DNA of 64,000 nt from Hemiscyllium ocellatum (taxonomy: Eukaryota). The stretch spans positions 1,178,001 through 1,242,000 of the forward strand of contig NW_026867509.1 of the NCBI RefSeq assembly GCF_020745735.1, written 5' to 3'. The position numbers and the translations under genes are program-made. Under the pieces are notes generated by a model. That model searched no databases and was not told the DNA's origin. It saw nothing but the letters and a program-made list of their open reading frames with translations. Within the stretch, counting starts at the first letter, position 1. Each line of letters starts with the position of its first letter. Below are positions 61,601 to 64,000 of the stretch, piece by piece.

Positions 61601-64000
61601 TGGTCAGCTCCTTCCTCTGCCGATGCCTTCATTAAACTAAAATACTGTTACATGTGTCCCTCTCCAACTGCAAAGTAAATTTTGTCATATTATAGTCACT
61701 GCCTGTCTTAAGAACCGACTGCCCCGAAATGTTAATTCTGAATTCTCTTCACAGATGCTGCGAGACCTACCGAGCTTTTGCAGAAACTTGTGTTTTTGTT
61801 ACTAATTTATATTACCTGCAGCCCTTTTAATTTTGAAAGAGAAAACACTCAGGGCCACAGAAGACTCATTGTTATGCTGTGCACTAGATTTCAATGAGAA
61901 TTTGATCAAGAAGATGATCAGTAATGGGTTGTTATCTGTCAAACCTATAAAGATCGAGGGCCCTCTCACCAACTCCTTCTCTGCCCTCCAAACCCCCACT
62001 GCTTCAACAGGATCCCAGCGTAGCCTAACGAAGCTGAAATTCAGATTGGTATAGAGAAGCAGGAAGCAGTTAGACTGACAGAATCCCATGCTAGATAATG
62101 TATTTGGTTGGTCATTGAGCCAGATTGTTCACATCGCCTCAGTATTTTTTATACCTCCTGAACAAATATACCACAAAGAACTGTATTATGTTAGCGAACT
62201 ATGCCACTATAGTTAATTGACTAGCATTTCAAAGGAATATATTCTCCGTTCTCGATATAGTGAGCAACTTCTGGTCCGTACCTATGGAAAAGGAACCCCA
62301 CAATAAGCTGGCATTCGCTGTTTGAGTATGCAATTCAGTGACCTGGTAATATCAGGAATTCCACAATAGTGTAGCCATACTTGATCGATGTATGGCTGAT
62401 ATTGTTAATCCAGTTTACCTGACTGACACTGATTTTTTTTTTATCTTTCAGTATGCAGATGACATCCTGACAGACACAGTTGGTGAAAAATTCAGTACAG
62501 TAACCAGTGAAGTCAGACAGGCAAGGCGTCAAATTACTCCATGCAAAGTACAATTGCGAATACAGGAAGTAACATATAGGTAGTTGGGACATCAATTTAG
62601 TCAGGGGCAAAAATAATCCCAGCAGGGTGCAATACAAAAATTATTGTATACGCACTCTGTGAACGATGTAAGGCAAAATTTAGGATTGTTTATTTATTCT
62701 AGGAATTTTGTGGAGAATTAATCAGAATCGACAGATCACTCATAAGCCCTGGTAAGGGATGGAAATGTTGGACTGTCAAGGTAAAGAGCAGAGTGTGACC
62801 TTAAAAGGAGATAACCTTTGCTCGGTGACAGCAAGCCTTTGACCTAGAGTTAGTATTATCAGGTTGCCAAAAAGCTTTTTCAGATTTGTTTTTGTGATAA
62901 TGAGAATGGAAACTAAACAGCAGTAAGTCAAGTGAGTGATGATATATGAGGTCGGTAGCATAGTATGCACACAATAGAGGAGTGATGTAGCCAGACTTTA
63001 CCGGTGTGCACAGGTCTGGATTGCGTTACATGAGCAATTTTAGGGTACTAACCCAATACTCTGATGAGACAAATGATGAAGCCTCATAATTATGTGATTA
63101 TATTTGAATCATGAAAAGTAAGGCAATGTCCCTGAAGATGAGCATATACAAATAGTCAATGATTTGTAAACTCAGTTCAGTAAATCCAGCAGCTTTCATG
63201 GTAGGGAATGAGATGGGAGGCCCGAGTTTGGGATAGGGCATGATAATATGTTGACCTGAGGTTGGAGAAGGTGCATCACCTCGTCTCATGGACAGCTCGA
63301 CGAACAGGTTGAAGAGTTGATGGAAGCAGCTAAATTGTTTAATAAACTAACTGGAATTAGGATTAGAGCTCAATGGAAGGTAGAAACACCGCAACAATGG
63401 GGTAATAAGTTTGCCAATAAGCCAGCTCAGACGTTTACAGAAACCGAACAGACATTTGTAAAACTGCCAGTCATAATTTTCACAAAAGCAAGAGAGGTAA
63501 GTTAAAAAAAAACTCTTCAAGAAACATCCACACAGAAAGAGAAAAATAAATGGGAAATAGCGTGGGGTAATGACACGGTAAGACAGAGTGTGTGTGATGA
63601 TGGATAAGGTAGTTTCACCACACTTTATATGAAATACGTTATTAAAACATGTCATTGCCTAGCCCACGTCGGGTTGGCTAAAATGCAATACTCGGTGACT
63701 CATTGTAGTTAATGGCCTGAAAGAGAGGAAGGAAAACATAACAATATTCCGTCAGAGATGCGCAGTCCACACTGCCTGAGCCAGATGGAACAATCAAAAT
63801 AAGATTGACCTACTAGCCAAGATCCATGGATGTACTGGAACAATAACACATGGATATTACGCGAACCATATCCCAATCTCAGAGAAGAAGGGCTTATACC
63901 CGAAACGTCGAATCTCCTGCTCCTTGAATGCTGCCTGACCTGATGCGCTATTCCAGCAACACATTTTCAGCTTAGTAAATTGTCACCAAGGAAATAATCA

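Larger units (their letters stand above)
51285..64000 (+). repeat. Segmental duplication, copy 2 (runs off the window end)
   Basis: Colinear with 12875-24395; the last bases ..CACCAAGGAAATAATCA match about 24379-24395. Confidence 0.95.

Overview
Eukaryotic, repeat-rich genomic DNA from a cartilaginous fish: HE1-type tRNA-derived SINEs, CR1/HER1-like LINEs and Penelope-like fragments all point to a shark. No CRISPR, rRNA or true tRNA genes. Only two protein-coding genes look intact. Both are two-exon rhodopsin-class GPCRs of the GPR139/GPR142-like family (322 aa each, 24 aa differences), sitting in two copies of a ~12 kb segmental duplication (about 12875-24395 and 51285 to window end). At least three pseudogenes of the same GPCR family are present. 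Interleaved with them, and largely missed by the ORF track, is a decayed antigen-receptor region: five clear T-cell-receptor-type V pseudogenes with recombination signal sequences (RSS), one gamma-like V with no convincing RSS, and up to four Ig C1-set (constant-like) exon remnants packed into the first 7 kb. I found no J segments. One V gene is split by a 3.3 kb internally deleted class I endogenous retrovirus with LTRs, a tRNA-Pro PBS, gag and a 5-bp TSD; removing it restores the V frame and its 23-RSS. Most other ORFs in the track are antisense or alternate-frame translations of LINEs or low-complexity DNA. All translations and identities were done by eye, and the C1 and weakest V calls are tentative.
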